A stretch of 26,769 nt of DNA from positions 1 to 26,769 of IMG/VR virus record IMGVR_UViG_3300020042_007005; one strand, 5' to 3'. Within the stretch, counting starts at the first letter, position 1. Every line of letters starts with the position of its first letter. The notes under the pieces are model-generated. The model did no database searches. It saw only the letters and a list, made by a program, of their open reading frames with translations, and was not told the origin of the DNA. Below are positions 1 to 9,705 of the stretch, in pieces. The DNA is from a virus. Its lineage: Duplodnaviria > Caudoviricetes. The translations under genes and the position numbers were made by a program.

Positions 1-400
1 GTGCTTGAATCTTGCTGGCAATTCCCACAAAAGCATTGTTGGTGCTGACAGCCACGGCTGTTGAATTGTCAGACTGGCGCATGCCCAAGGAGGTCTGTTT
101 GTTGATGGTGTACACCTGACCGAATGTCGGCAGCAACAGGCCAGTCCACTGCAGGGCATAGTCAGCCCAGCTCTTGGGTGCATTGATCTGCGTGTTCTGT
201 TGTGCGCTGCCCATTTGCAGGGACATCACCGCTGCGACCTTGGCAGTGGTGTCACCCATCTTTGCAATGTCAGCAAGGGCTTGGTAACGGGCTGTCTGAG
301 CCGCTGCTTGGGCTTTGTGAGCGTCAGCATAGGCTTGGTACTGTCCAGTGGCGCAGCCTGTCAGGGACAGCACTGCAATGATGGGTGCGATCAGTTTCAT
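1..400 (-). CDS. Predicted lipoprotein (3' end outside window); absent from the ORF track
   Basis: ATG at 400 with AGGA RBS; reads MKLIAPIIAVLSLTGC-ATGQYQAYADAHKAQAAAQ..., open to the window edge; basic-hydrophobic signal peptide with lipobox LTG|C. Confidence 0.8.
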   Translation of the reverse strand, partial: MKLIAPIIAVLSLTGCATGQYQAYADAHKAQAAAQTARYQALADIAKMGDTTAKVAAVMSLQMGSAQQNTQINAPKSWADYALQWTGLLLPTFGQVYTINKQTSLGMRQSDNSTAVAVSTNNAFVGIASKIQA

Positions 401-414
401 GGTTCGTCCTAAAG

Positions 415-750
415 TTACGGTGTTGTTGATGCCCAAGGCAGTGGTGGTTGAATTACAGGAGGGTTAACTTGATTGGCAATCTGCTGGTCAATGTTGGCCT
501 CGGTTGCGTCTTTGTCCACACCAGAAGACCAGCACCAGCCAAGCACTTGCTCTTGCGTCAGATCAGCGTAGGGAGTAAATGGGTCACCGGGTTGGCTGAA
601 TGAGCAAGTGTTGTAAACAGTACCATCAAAGATACCGTCTTGACCGTTTGTGCCATTGCAGCGCCAGTACGCCGTAATAACAACATCGGTCAAGCTGCCC
701 TCTTGTGGCTTGCAATCCATTGCTTCAATAATCCAAGTGTATGTATTCAT
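415..750 (-). CDS. Tail-fibre-associated small protein (DUF7936-like)
   Basis: Start moved to ATG 750 (AAAGGA RBS); MNTYTWIIEAMDCKP...VVITAYWRC...FTPYADLTQEQVLGW...PPLPW pattern typical of genes following phage tail fibres. Confidence 0.7.
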   Translation of the reverse strand: MNTYTWIIEAMDCKPQEGSLTDVVITAYWRCNGTNGQDGIFDGTVYNTCSFSQPGDPFTPYADLTQEQVLGWCWSSGVDKDATEANIDQQIANQVNPPVIQPPLPWASTTP

Positions 751-760
751 AATGTTTCCT

Positions 761-3700
761 TTATGCTGTTGGAGGTGTTGCACCGCTGGTGATTGTCATG
801 TTGTTGTCGTAGAAGACGTATTTGGTTCCTGTCATCCTAAACCACTGTTTAGTAAAGCCGCCAGCGCCAGCGGAACCCATATTTGAATACGATCCTCCGG
901 TATTCCCTGAACCAAGGTTTGTCATTGGGAATGTGGCATGTCTTGCGACATCATTGGTATAGGAACTAATGACGTTAACAATTGAACCAATTGCTTCCCC
1001 TGCGTTATTTGGAAACCGTATGTCAATATGTGATGGGCCATTTGTTCCACCATCACTCAACCGCCAATCAAATGGAGTGTAATTGCTGTAAACATACGCT
1101 CCTAGGAGTTCAACGTCTAAAATGCCGCCACCTCCAAAACCTCCAGCGGTAGTTTTGGAAAATTTGACGCGAAACAGAATGTGCTGGCCCGGTATGCTAA
1201 ATGTAAAATCAACCATCTGGCCTTGGTTTGTTGCAGATAGCGTACACAAGCGAATCCAGTTAGTACTGTTTGGCGTAAAACTGTTGCTCTGGTTATAAGC
1301 TGTAAGGTACTGACCACCTGCGGTAGACAGCCTGCCTAAATAATCAATACGGAGGCGTTCGCTAAGAGTGTTTTCCCCTGTGCTGAAAATTAGGTTACCG
1401 TGGAATGGGCTACCCGAGTCAACAACACTGTGAATTTGCGCTCTGACAGTGGTGTTGCTAAAGAACCTCAAATACCCACAGGTGTTGCCGCCGGATGGGT
1501 TGCTGTTCCACAGCGTAAGGACTGGCCCATCTGTAGTTGCGCTAGCCTTTTGGATTGTCAGATTGCCGTTTGTGGTTGTAGGTGTCCCAATCCCCACGTC
1601 ACCAGCGTTACTAATCCGCATTCGCTCGGAGCCACCAACCTGACTAAAGACCATATCAGGAGTAGCGGAGTTGGTTGCGCCAATGTAATACAAACCACCC
1701 GATGAGTTATATCTAATTCCCAAAGCAAAAGTTTCGCTATTTGCCGTTAAATCAGTTCTTCCACCTGAGACATGAAGTTTTGATGTTGGCGAACTTGTAC
1801 CAATACCTACGTTGCCAGCCGTATCAATGAGAAGTCGAACAGCAGTCGCAGTTCCGTCATAGAAGTACAAACTGTTTCCCACGCCACCTACAGTGTTACC
1901 TGCAACAGCAATTTCATATGACTTGCCTGATGCGCCAGTATTACGAAGTCGCAATACGGAATATGAAGCGGCGCTTGTTGCAGTAATAATAGACGTTGTG
2001 CCAGTACCAGAAATTTCTAATGGAGCTGCTGGAAAACTTGTCCCAATCCCTACGTTGCCAGCATTGGTAAGGGTCATTTTGACAGAGCCAACCGTGTAAG
2101 CATCATTGACGGCTTCAAATGACAATGATCCGTCACCTTGCCCACCAAGTCGCCATGTTTTTAGGTCAGTGCCAGAATTGCCGTTGTACAGTTGCAAATA
2201 TGGGGTTATGGCTGAAGCAGCAGCAGTCCTTGCAGTTACACCAGCATTTGCGGCAAATGTAGAGTTGGGAAGTGTTGCTATAGGCCCGACTGTCACATTA
2301 CCCGAGTTATCAATCCTGACTCGCTCACTGCCTCCTGTGTAGAAGGCCATAGGCAGGTATGCGGCTGTGCCAACTGCATTGCTGGAAATGCGGAAGTCGG
2401 TGTTTTTGATTAGCGCTACGTTTCCAGAAACATAGTTTGTCCCTGTTGTGTAAGCACTGTCCGCAACAACAAGTTGAGCCGCGCCGTTTCCAGTTAGTGT
2501 TGTCCCGTTTTCAACAGCAACAATGTTAGTTTGCGTATTGCTTGAACTGGACTGAAAGAATATGCGTGTATCAACTGTGCCAGAGCCAAAGTTGCCAGTG
2601 ATGCGGCGGGATGATCCGGTAATTGCCAAGTTGCCGTTGACATCAAGTAATTCCGTAGGCGAAATCGTCCCAATTCCCACGTTACCAGACGTTTGAATCC
2701 TGACTCGCTCACTGCCTCCTGTGTAGAAGATCATGGGCAGATATGCGCCTGTGCCACCTTTATTGCCAGAAAAAGCATACTGCGTATCGCTACAAAAAAT
2801 ATCTAAAAACGAATTATTTACCGTATCAGATGAGTTGTATAAAATTAAGTCAGAACGAACTTCTGTTCCGTTTGGCAGCAGCCCAATGCTTGTCCTTCCA
2901 TTTACTGTACTTGTCTGAAAAGCCACCCGATTGGCAACAGTCGCATTGCTGAAGTCGCCAGTGATGCGGTTGCCAGTGCCTGTGAACTGCAAATTGTTTG
3001 GAAGCTGCAAATTGTTTGTAAGCTGCAAAACACCACTTGCTGTAAGCGTCATTCGTGTGGCAAATCCAATTCCAGCACCAGCCGATCCAGAATTTGCACC
3101 TTGCCATAAGTGATCCCCGTTGGTACGGTCAAGGTAATATCTAGTTGCAAAACCTGTTCCTTGGTATTTCCAGCCACTTTGGTAATACGCATTACATGCG
3201 AAAATAAATTCCCTTTGCCCAAAAAGAGCAGCCGATTCCATTTCAATAGATGGAATATCGGACGGACTTGGTGCTACTACATTACCAACAAGAAAATTGC
3301 CGTTAAGAAAAGCCAGCGTTGACCCCGTGGTCAAGACTTTGCTACCGTTCAGGAAGGCCACACCATTAGCTGTGCCGCCGTTTAATGTGACCGTGCTAGA
3401 GGTGGTCAGCGTAGTGAACGCGCCTGTGGTGGCTGTTGTAGCGCCCACAGTGCCGTTGATGTTGATGGAAGCTGTGCCAGTAAGGTTTGTCACTGTGCCG
3501 CTTGATGGCGTACCGAGAGCAGGAGTAACAAAAGTGGGGCTGGTAGCAAACACCAGCGCACCAGAGCCTGTCTTGTCAGACACCGCAGTAGCCATTTGAG
3601 CTGAAGTCGCTACAAACGTGTTGCTGCTTAGGTTGATGGTTTTGTTGGTCAGCGTTGCCGTCGTACCGGCCTCCAGCTTATCTGTGTTCAGATTGCTGAA

Positions 3701-3766
3701 GTTATCATCCAACTCCGCGTTGGTGAGGGGTACGCCTTTTACAAGACGAAGAACAATGGTCGACAT
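761..3766 (-). CDS. Tail fibre / receptor-binding protein, modular
   Basis: N-terminal KGVPLTNAELDDNFSNLN anchor motif; G/T/S/N-rich; repeated (E)RxxIxxxGNVGIGTxxP modules. Confidence 0.9.
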   Translation of the reverse strand: MSTIVLRLVKGVPLTNAELDDNFSNLNTDKLEAGTTATLTNKTINLSSNTFVATSAQMATAVSDKTGSGALVFATSPTFVTPALGTPSSGTVTNLTGTASININGTVGATTATTGAFTTLTTSSTVTLNGGTANGVAFLNGSKVLTTGSTLAFLNGNFLVGNVVAPSPSDIPSIEMESAALFGQREFIFACNAYYQSGWKYQGTGFATRYYLDRTNGDHLWQGANSGSAGAGIGFATRMTLTASGVLQLTNNLQLPNNLQFTGTGNRITGDFSNATVANRVAFQTSTVNGRTSIGLLPNGTEVRSDLILYNSSDTVNNSFLDIFCSDTQYAFSGNKGGTGAYLPMIFYTGGSERVRIQTSGNVGIGTISPTELLDVNGNLAITGSSRRITGNFGSGTVDTRIFFQSSSSNTQTNIVAVENGTTLTGNGAAQLVVADSAYTTGTNYVSGNVALIKNTDFRISSNAVGTAAYLPMAFYTGGSERVRIDNSGNVTVGPIATLPNSTFAANAGVTARTAAASAITPYLQLYNGNSGTDLKTWRLGGQGDGSLSFEAVNDAYTVGSVKMTLTNAGNVGIGTSFPAAPLEISGTGTTSIITATSAASYSVLRLRNTGASGKSYEIAVAGNTVGGVGNSLYFYDGTATAVRLLIDTAGNVGIGTSSPTSKLHVSGGRTDLTANSETFALGIRYNSSGGLYYIGATNSATPDMVFSQVGGSERMRISNAGDVGIGTPTTTNGNLTIQKASATTDGPVLTLWNSNPSGGNTCGYLRFFSNTTVRAQIHSVVDSGSPFHGNLIFSTGENTLSERLRIDYLGRLSTAGGQYLTAYNQSNSFTPNSTNWIRLCTLSATNQGQMVDFTFSIPGQHILFRVKFSKTTAGGFGGGGILDVELLGAYVYSNYTPFDWRLSDGGTNGPSHIDIRFPNNAGEAIGSIVNVISSYTNDVARHATFPMTNLGSGNTGGSYSNMGSAGAGGFTKQWFRMTGTKYVFYDNNMTITSGATPPTA
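2312..2756. repeat. Direct repeat within tail fibre gene (2312-2372 and 2696-2756)
   Basis: 34 bp identical (AATCCTGACTCGCTCACTGCCTCCTGTGTAGAAG) extending to ~61 bp near-identical; offset 384 bp = 128 codons; encodes AYLPMxFYTGGSERVRI. Confidence 0.9.
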
Positions 3767-3809
3767 AAATCAAGCTCCAACAAGAACACAGGGCCGCAAA
3801 GCGGTAGAT

Positions 3810-4250
3810 TTACGCCACCGTAATGGTCCAAGTGATAACCATAGAATCTCCAACGTCTTTAGTCACGACGCCGAACACAGTGCGGCACAGCAACGTACCA
3901 CCAGAGCTGTTGTTTAGGATACCGGCTTCCGTCACTGCTCCAGTGCCTGTACCAGCCCCAAAGGTGGCCACATATTGGACTGTGTTTGTAGACACTGTAG
4001 TAGAGGTCAGCGAAACCCGACCAAGCTCACTACCCAACGTGGTGTTACCCGCAGCCGCAGCCGTAGTCCCCGAGCCGATGGCCATGTGGCTCATAGCGCC
4101 GAGTGTGGTGTCTTTCATTCGGCTGACAATGTAGTTCAAGCCGGTGGTGACCACCAAGTTTTTGATTTCTGTGTGCTCCACACTACCGTCGGCCCGTGCG
4201 ATGCTGATGTTTACGTTGCCAGTGGCTTTGAGAGATTCAATAGTTTGCAC
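3810..4250 (-). CDS. Virion structural/tail protein
   Basis: GTG start with AAGGAG RBS; NLVVTTG...MAIGSG...ELGR...TEAGI...ITWTIT pattern of tail-associated proteins; position in the tail module. Confidence 0.75.
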   Translation of the reverse strand: MQTIESLKATGNVNISIARADGSVEHTEIKNLVVTTGLNYIVSRMKDTTLGAMSHMAIGSGTTAAAAGNTTLGSELGRVSLTSTTVSTNTVQYVATFGAGTGTGAVTEAGILNNSSGGTLLCRTVFGVVTKDVGDSMVITWTITVA

Positions 4251-4261
4251 GGTGCTGCTCC

Positions 4262-5212
4262 TTAAAAGCTGAGTGAGGTGCCCACATAGTCTTGGGCAAA
4301 ATAACTGATGTCTGCGTAGTCTGTCATCCGCAGCGATCCAGCATCAGCAGCATCGGCGGCGTCCAAAATGTTTTTGCCTGCCAGAACCACGACTGAATCA
4401 GCGTTGACGGCACCTGACGCAAGCGCTTTGCTTGCGGTCAATAATACTACATCCGACGGTGAAAAGCTATCTGCACGGCTTGTCGTGAAAAAGCGGGAAA
4501 AAACTTCGTCGACGGTAGCATGGCTGATAAGACTCTTTGTAAAAAATATGGTCTGGTCGTCTGTGGAGTCCAACAGTTCGGACAGGTTCTTGCCAAAATC
4601 CTTGGCTGGGCTGCCGTCCCACGCGTAATCCTGCGCAAAGTAGGTAGGGTCCACGTAAGTCTGTCCAAACGCTGGTCCTTCAAGTGAATACGCGACGTCA
4701 AATAGCCCCTTTTGCGGCGTCACAATAGTCACATCCGTGCTTGTCAACAGCTCGGTAGCAGGGGCACGCACAAAAGTCTTAGCCGCCGCGTCCGCCGTGC
4801 TGGGTGCGTCGCTTAAAGATTTTAAAGAGCTCAACGCTGCAGCATCGACAGCACTCGCCGCGTCCGACACGGGTTTTGCAACCTCTTTGTTGGCTACGTC
4901 AAGGGTAGTAGCCAAGTCGCCAAACACCTTGCTGATGGCCCGGATAAGCGCTTCGCTAGTCACGGCCTGATCGGTCAGGTAAATGTACCGCACAAACTCG
5001 CCGACGATGGTGTCTGCCTTCAACAAGATCGCCGCTACAGAAGCGTCAAAAACTGACGCGTAGGTTTGCGTCTGTAGCTCAACATACGAGGCTATAGCTT
5101 GTAAGAGATCGGCCTGAGTAGCCGCATCTAGTTTTACTGCAGCTGTGTCAGCTTTTAGCCTGATCTCACTTGCCAGAGCCTGTAGTTCTACGACTGAGGC
5201 ACGGATCGGCAT
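4262..5212 (-). CDS. Virion structural protein with ~18-aa repeats
   Basis: Stop/start overlap with upstream gene; periodic Kxx(S/G)DxxxxxD units; YxDxxYFAQDY twice. Confidence 0.7.
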   Translation of the reverse strand: MPIRASVVELQALASEIRLKADTAAVKLDAATQADLLQAIASYVELQTQTYASVFDASVAAILLKADTIVGEFVRYIYLTDQAVTSEALIRAISKVFGDLATTLDVANKEVAKPVSDAASAVDAAALSSLKSLSDAPSTADAAAKTFVRAPATELLTSTDVTIVTPQKGLFDVAYSLEGPAFGQTYVDPTYFAQDYAWDGSPAKDFGKNLSELLDSTDDQTIFFTKSLISHATVDEVFSRFFTTSRADSFSPSDVVLLTASKALASGAVNADSVVVLAGKNILDAADAADAGSLRMTDYADISYFAQDYVGTSLSF

Positions 5213-5541
5213 TAGAAGTCCTCACGCAGCTTGAACTTCAGCAAGTCGTACACAGTCTGAATGCCGCCGCCAGATGGGAACGTGACCTCAATCTCACCCT
5301 CGTAGTCCCCGGCTGGAACGCTAAGGGTGGTTGCATTCCACTGAAACACCACAATGCCAGCAGCGCCGCTGGTGACGGTTCCACTCAAAGTATCCAGCAG
5401 CGTAGTAGCACCGGAAGCCCTGAACTTCAGCACGCAGGTTGCTCCAGTGATGTCAATTACCGCGCCAGTGATTTCGTCAGTCAGGGTGCATTGCAATTGC
5501 GGGCGTGTGTCGCCTTGTACCAGTTTGATTTTTTCAGTCAT
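5212..5541 (-). CDS. BppU N-terminal-like beta-domain virion protein
   Basis: IKLVQGDTRP...IDITGAT...G.YEGEIEVTF pattern; TAAGGA RBS. Confidence 0.65.
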   Translation of the reverse strand: MTEKIKLVQGDTRPQLQCTLTDEITGAVIDITGATCVLKFRASGATTLLDTLSGTVTSGAAGIVVFQWNATTLSVPAGDYEGEIEVTFPSGGGIQTVYDLLKFKLREDF

Positions 5542-5550
5542 GGCTATTCC

Positions 5551-6237
5551 TTATGCAGCGCGACGCGGGTTGCCAAGCGGAGATGGGCTGACTCCACCAG
5601 TGGTGGTGAGTTCAACACCCAGCGCAGCGCCAAATGCGGCAAAGTGAGCTTGAGCGCGGGCTGCGTTGCCCTGCTGCTCAGTGTCCTTGGCATACGCACG
5701 GTACATGACGTAGTCACAGAGCGAGTTTGCAAACGTATCAGGCAGGCTGATGTTCCCAGACACCGATGTGTATGTAGTACCCCCAGCAGGCTCAGTAATG
5801 TCTGTAGGCAGCGCGGCGTACACCATGTTGAGCTGCGCTAACACGGTGGCTGGTGGGTATACGTAGAACACCGTGCGGTCAAGCGGGTCATACATGTAGT
5901 GCTTAATGTTTACTGCGGTTGACTCGTTTTGCCAGTTGGGCACCTGATGGTCCAGCAAGTTGCGGTTGACCAGTCGTATTGCCTGTTTAGAGCTGGTAGC
6001 AGCCAAGTTTCGGTTGATCTCGATTAGCCTAGCAGCTGCTGTAGGTAGCGTCTGCTTAGCCCCCGCAACACATGTAAACGTGACGTTGGTAGCCGTTGCA
6101 TCGGGGCGGTACACGACTGTTTCGCGCTGGCCGTCGTTCAGGTACCTGACAAGTTCAGCGGTGCTCCAGCGCACAGCGCTCAAGTCTTGAAGCGTCTCCG
6201 CAGCGCGGCGGATCACGGATTGTGCTGGTGTAGTCAT
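5551..6237 (-). CDS. Head-tail adaptor-like protein (DUF6682-like)
   Basis: LQD...RWSTAELVRYLNDGQR...FYVYPP...DYVMYRAYAKD motifs; GAGGT RBS. Confidence 0.75.
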   Translation of the reverse strand: MTTPAQSVIRRAAETLQDLSAVRWSTAELVRYLNDGQRETVVYRPDATATNVTFTCVAGAKQTLPTAAARLIEINRNLAATSSKQAIRLVNRNLLDHQVPNWQNESTAVNIKHYMYDPLDRTVFYVYPPATVLAQLNMVYAALPTDITEPAGGTTYTSVSGNISLPDTFANSLCDYVMYRAYAKDTEQQGNAARAQAHFAAFGAALGVELTTTGGVSPSPLGNPRRAA

Positions 6238-6245
6238 GGCTTACC

Positions 6246-6872
6246 TCAAGCGATGGGACGCTGTTTTACGCGCATAGACCCACGCACTCGGCCATAGTTG
6301 CCCTCAATGCGAGCGTTGTGCGTGGCGCGTGCGGCGGAGGCACGCATCATCATTGCTTTGTTGGGGTCTGAAAATGGCTGGTCTGGGATGGCCAGAATGC
6401 GAGCCATGGCACCATCAACGATGGGGTCAGTCCAGTAGTCAACCAGATCGTTTTCGACCTGCGTCGCAGCTTTGGTGGGGCGCAGCGCCACGCGCACGCG
6501 CACTGCGTAGACTTTGTCTGGAACCGGGTAAAGCTGGAACAGCAGCTCAGCGTCATTGCGTGTCGTAAAGAACGCTGTGGGAATGGCGTTAGCGTCAGGC
6601 GGGTACCCGCGAGACTCAGCCAGCTCGGCGTAAATTTCTTGGTCGCCCACTTTGACGAGAAGGATTCGGGTCAGCTCTTGCTGAGTTGGCATATCAAGCT
6701 CGTAAGAGGCTCGGCCAATAATGGTGTTAAACACGTCAAGGTCGTGCCTGATTACCTGAGACGCTTCGCAAAAAGCGATAGCGGAGTCCAGCAGCGCCTG
6801 CTGAGCCAATGGCTCAGAGCATCCCGGCACGTAGGGGATTAGGCGTGAGAAGAATTCGCTGATCGCTTTCAT
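6246..6872 (-). CDS. Head-tail connector/adaptor-like protein
   Basis: PYVPGC.EP...AIAFC...LYPVPD...GAMARILAIPDQPFSDP motifs; position downstream of capsid genes. Confidence 0.65.
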   Translation of the reverse strand: MKAISEFFSRLIPYVPGCSEPLAQQALLDSAIAFCEASQVIRHDLDVFNTIIGRASYELDMPTQQELTRILLVKVGDQEIYAELAESRGYPPDANAIPTAFFTTRNDAELLFQLYPVPDKVYAVRVRVALRPTKAATQVENDLVDYWTDPIVDGAMARILAIPDQPFSDPNKAMMMRASAARATHNARIEGNYGRVRGSMRVKQRPIA

Positions 6873-6880
6873 GGACGTCC

Positions 6881-7165
6881 TTACTCGACATCAAGCTGGA
6901 TGTCAGCCAATTCTACAGCAGCAGGGGCTTCTTGGGTAGGCGCTTCTTCCGCCACCGGCTCTGCTGCCTTCTTGGCACGTTTGGGCTTGGCTTCCTCAGC
7001 GGCGGCGTTGGAGTGCGCGTTAGCCAGCTCTTGGCCTTCTGGGGTGTATTCCCATTCGGTGCCAATCATACGGGCCAAAACAACGATTTTGCCGTCGATG
7101 CTGGCGCGAATCTTGTTGTTCAGGGTTTCGCCGCCAAGGCGGGACATAAGCTCAAGTACGTTCAT
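6881..7165 (-). CDS. Hypothetical protein with Ala/Glu/Lys-rich tail
   Basis: GGAG RBS; fills the gap between terminator and adaptor gene. Confidence 0.7.
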   Translation of the reverse strand: MNVLELMSRLGGETLNNKIRASIDGKIVVLARMIGTEWEYTPEGQELANAHSNAAAEEAKPKRAKKAAEPVAEEAPTQEAPAAVELADIQLDVE

Positions 7166-7182
7166 TCAATTCTCCGTAAAGT

Positions 7183-7203
7183 AAAAAGGGCTCCGAAGAG
7201 CCC
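7183..7203 (-). terminator. Intrinsic terminator
   Basis: Minus strand GGGCUC-UUCG-GAGCCC-UUUUU. Confidence 0.85.
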
Positions 7204-7220
7204 CTTTATTGTGCCACCGA

Positions 7221-7553
7221 TTAGGCGCTGAGAACAGCGCCCCAGTTTTCACTGCCCAAGCTGATATAAGCCCCGGACATGTTAGCGGCCAAAGCCTTAG
7301 CAGCATTTGCAGAACCGTTGTTGATCTTGCCACCAGTGGCAGGATACACGTTAAGCGATGCGGCAGAACTATTAACGATGTAGACCACATCGCCGACAGG
7401 ACGCTCAGTAGGCAACAAAACGCCATCGGCAGCAGTGCCGGTCGTGACAAAATTAACAGCACCAGTCAGTGCAGTAGCACCGGCCTGAGTCTGAGTTGTA
7501 CCAGCGGTAGCCGTAGCGTACCCGCCAATGCTACGAGAAAATTGAGTAGACAT
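7221..7553 (-). CDS. Capsid decoration / head-associated protein
   Basis: ATG 7553 with GGAG RBS; A/G/T-rich, TAGTTQTQAGATAL...GVLLP...NVYP; directly after major capsid. Confidence 0.6.
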   Translation of the reverse strand: MSTQFSRSIGGYATATAGTTQTQAGATALTGAVNFVTTGTAADGVLLPTERPVGDVVYIVNSSAASLNVYPATGGKINNGSANAAKALAANMSGAYISLGSENWGAVLSA

Positions 7554-7576
7554 AAAAATCTCCAAAGAATGAGGGA

Positions 7577-7601
7577 ATAGAAAGGGCCCCCGGAGGGGCC
7601 C
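7577..7601 (-). terminator. Intrinsic terminator after major capsid gene
   Basis: Minus strand GGGCCCC-UCCG-GGGGCCC-UUUCUAU. Confidence 0.8.
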
Positions 7602-7607
7602 AGTTCA

Positions 7608-8609
7608 TCAGCTGGCGGAGCCGACGATAGCAGTCACCAAGGCTTCTGGCTTGACAGTCTTGCGACCATACACAGCCAAACCACGGACGATATCGCCGAA
7701 GTCAGTCTGGTTACGCAGAGGCTCAGTCTTGTTCACGGTCATGGCGAAAGACATTGCTGCCTTGGTACCAGCGACCATCAAACGACGGGCCTTAGCACTA
7801 GCTACAGCACCACCAGTGGCGGGGTCTGTCAAACCAGCAACCAATGCCTTGCCAGCAGCGCCGCGAGGCAGCAAGTTGGACACGTACACAGTGAAGCGGT
7901 CCAGCATACCGATCTTGCCGCTACGAATGGTCGACTGAGCGTCGCCAGTGAAGTAGGCTTGAGCGATGTTGGATTGCATCAGCAGATGACGGTCGAAGGG
8001 GCTGATAATTAACCAGCGACCGTCTTCAGGCACGTTCTGCTCGTCCAGCACTGTAGACATGCGCAGGATACCCTTCAGCACGTTCTCGGGAGTGGCTTGG
8101 TCGATAGGAGTTACGTCTGTGCCCAAGTTGTAGGCAGCAGAGATAGCACCAGCAGTAGCGCCTTCGTTGGCAGCGGCAGGGCCTTCAGTGACCATGTTGT
8201 TGAAGAACACTTCGTTTTCAATCGAAATCTTCAACTGCTTGGCAGCGTCTTCGGTGAACATGTTCATCAGGTTCATGTCGGACTGATAAGACAGCACATC
8301 GTTGACTTGCACGCCGAAGTACTTGCCCTTGTTCACTTGCATATCTTGGAAGATAGGAGTGGGGACTTCGTACGACAAGTTCTGGCCAACAGTGTAGTCA
8401 GAGATGCTGATCGAAGGGGCCAGACGAATACGGATGGTATCGCCTTGGTTCTTCAACTCGCCTTCGTAATCGGTGTTAGCGATTTCAGACAACATGGTGT
8501 TCTGGTAGAACTTGGCCAGCAATTTGCCGGACCACAGGGTGGGGATGAACGCGCCGGAGTACGAGGGGTTCGTGTTAAACGGCGATTGGACGGGATAAAT
8601 TGCAGCCAT
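7608..8609 (-). CDS. Major capsid protein (HK97 fold, P22-coat-like family)
   Basis: FIPTLWSGKLL...NTDYEGELKNQGDTIRI...LDEQNVPEDGRW...FGDIVRGLAVYG motifs; AGGAGG RBS; follows scaffold, precedes terminator. Confidence 0.92.
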   Translation of the reverse strand: MAAIYPVQSPFNTNPSYSGAFIPTLWSGKLLAKFYQNTMLSEIANTDYEGELKNQGDTIRIRLAPSISISDYTVGQNLSYEVPTPIFQDMQVNKGKYFGVQVNDVLSYQSDMNLMNMFTEDAAKQLKISIENEVFFNNMVTEGPAAANEGATAGAISAAYNLGTDVTPIDQATPENVLKGILRMSTVLDEQNVPEDGRWLIISPFDRHLLMQSNIAQAYFTGDAQSTIRSGKIGMLDRFTVYVSNLLPRGAAGKALVAGLTDPATGGAVASAKARRLMVAGTKAAMSFAMTVNKTEPLRNQTDFGDIVRGLAVYGRKTVKPEALVTAIVGSAS

Positions 8610-8656
8610 GATGGCCTCCTAAAAATAACAGGTTGGGTTCAACGCTGTGTCACTGG

Positions 8657-9616
8657 TCACGCGGTTACGCGACCTTCCATGAACGCAGCATCAATTTCAG
8701 CTTCAAGTTTCTTTGCCGCGTCGAGTTGCCCTTTGGTCCCCAAGTCTGCTGCCTTACGGAACATTTTTTCGATGTCCGAGTTGGTGTAGACCTTACCCTT
8801 TTGAGAGGTAGGTGGGGCGCTTGTGGCACCACGATTCGGCTGAAGTTGACGCTCAAGCTCATCGGTCTTGTCGGCTTTTTGCTCTGCGGGTGCGACGGTC
8901 TGTTTGAACATCGCCACGTAGTGTGCAACACCTTCAGCATCGCCTCGGTTGAACGCTTGTTGTGCAACAGAAGATCGGGGGGCTCGGAGCAGCGGGTCCA
9001 CTTCGTTGAGCCAAGCAATCCACTTGGGATTAGCATTGACTGCTTCAAAGTCCGGCACCATACGGTACAGGCGCTGCTCAAAACTTGCTTCAGACACTTG
9101 GGTGCCGGTACTGGTCAGCTGCTCGCGCAACTTCTCATTCTCGACTCTCATGGCGTCTAGCTCGCCTCGAAACTCTGATGCCACTTCGCGGGCAACTTTG
9201 CGTTGGACTTCAATCAAGTCCTGACCAAATGCTTCAACATCAGCATCAGTCACCAACTTCGTAGCAGCTGCGGGCTTAGCGGGCTCAACTGGCTTGGTCT
9301 CAGAGGCTTTGCGGAGGCTATCCACTTGGCCCTTGAGCTCTCGCAAGTCTGCGTGCAAGCGAGGCACTTCAGCGTCGTACATGCCCTTGAGGGTTTTGTA
9401 CTTCTGCTGCCATGTCTCTTCCGCGACTACTGGCTCGGTTGGCGTCGGCGTTGGCTCAACAGGTTTGGGCTCAGCTTGCTGAGGCTGTGGGTCTTGGGGA
9501 GGCTCTGCTTGCGTTGGTTCAGGGTCTGCGGGTGCAGGATTCTGGCCCTCTGCTAGCTGCTTTTCCAGTGCTTCCAGTTCTCGTAACTGCGCTTCTACTT
9601 GTTTTGGCAATGCCAT
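8657..9616 (-). CDS. Capsid scaffolding protein
   Basis: Pro/Glu-rich N-terminus, WQQKYKTLKGMY motif, helical coiled-coil, C-terminal EIDAAFMEGRV; directly upstream of capsid. Confidence 0.8.
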   Translation of the reverse strand: MALPKQVEAQLRELEALEKQLAEGQNPAPADPEPTQAEPPQDPQPQQAEPKPVEPTPTPTEPVVAEETWQQKYKTLKGMYDAEVPRLHADLRELKGQVDSLRKASETKPVEPAKPAAATKLVTDADVEAFGQDLIEVQRKVAREVASEFRGELDAMRVENEKLREQLTSTGTQVSEASFEQRLYRMVPDFEAVNANPKWIAWLNEVDPLLRAPRSSVAQQAFNRGDAEGVAHYVAMFKQTVAPAEQKADKTDELERQLQPNRGATSAPPTSQKGKVYTNSDIEKMFRKAADLGTKGQLDAAKKLEAEIDAAFMEGRVTA

Positions 9617-9705
9617 TTCAATTTCCTTTTAGCTCCAACTCTGCTTCAGGCTCCTACTGCGGTCTGCCGTTCACATAATGGTTTGCTCGGGCTACAAAAA
9701 TCGGA

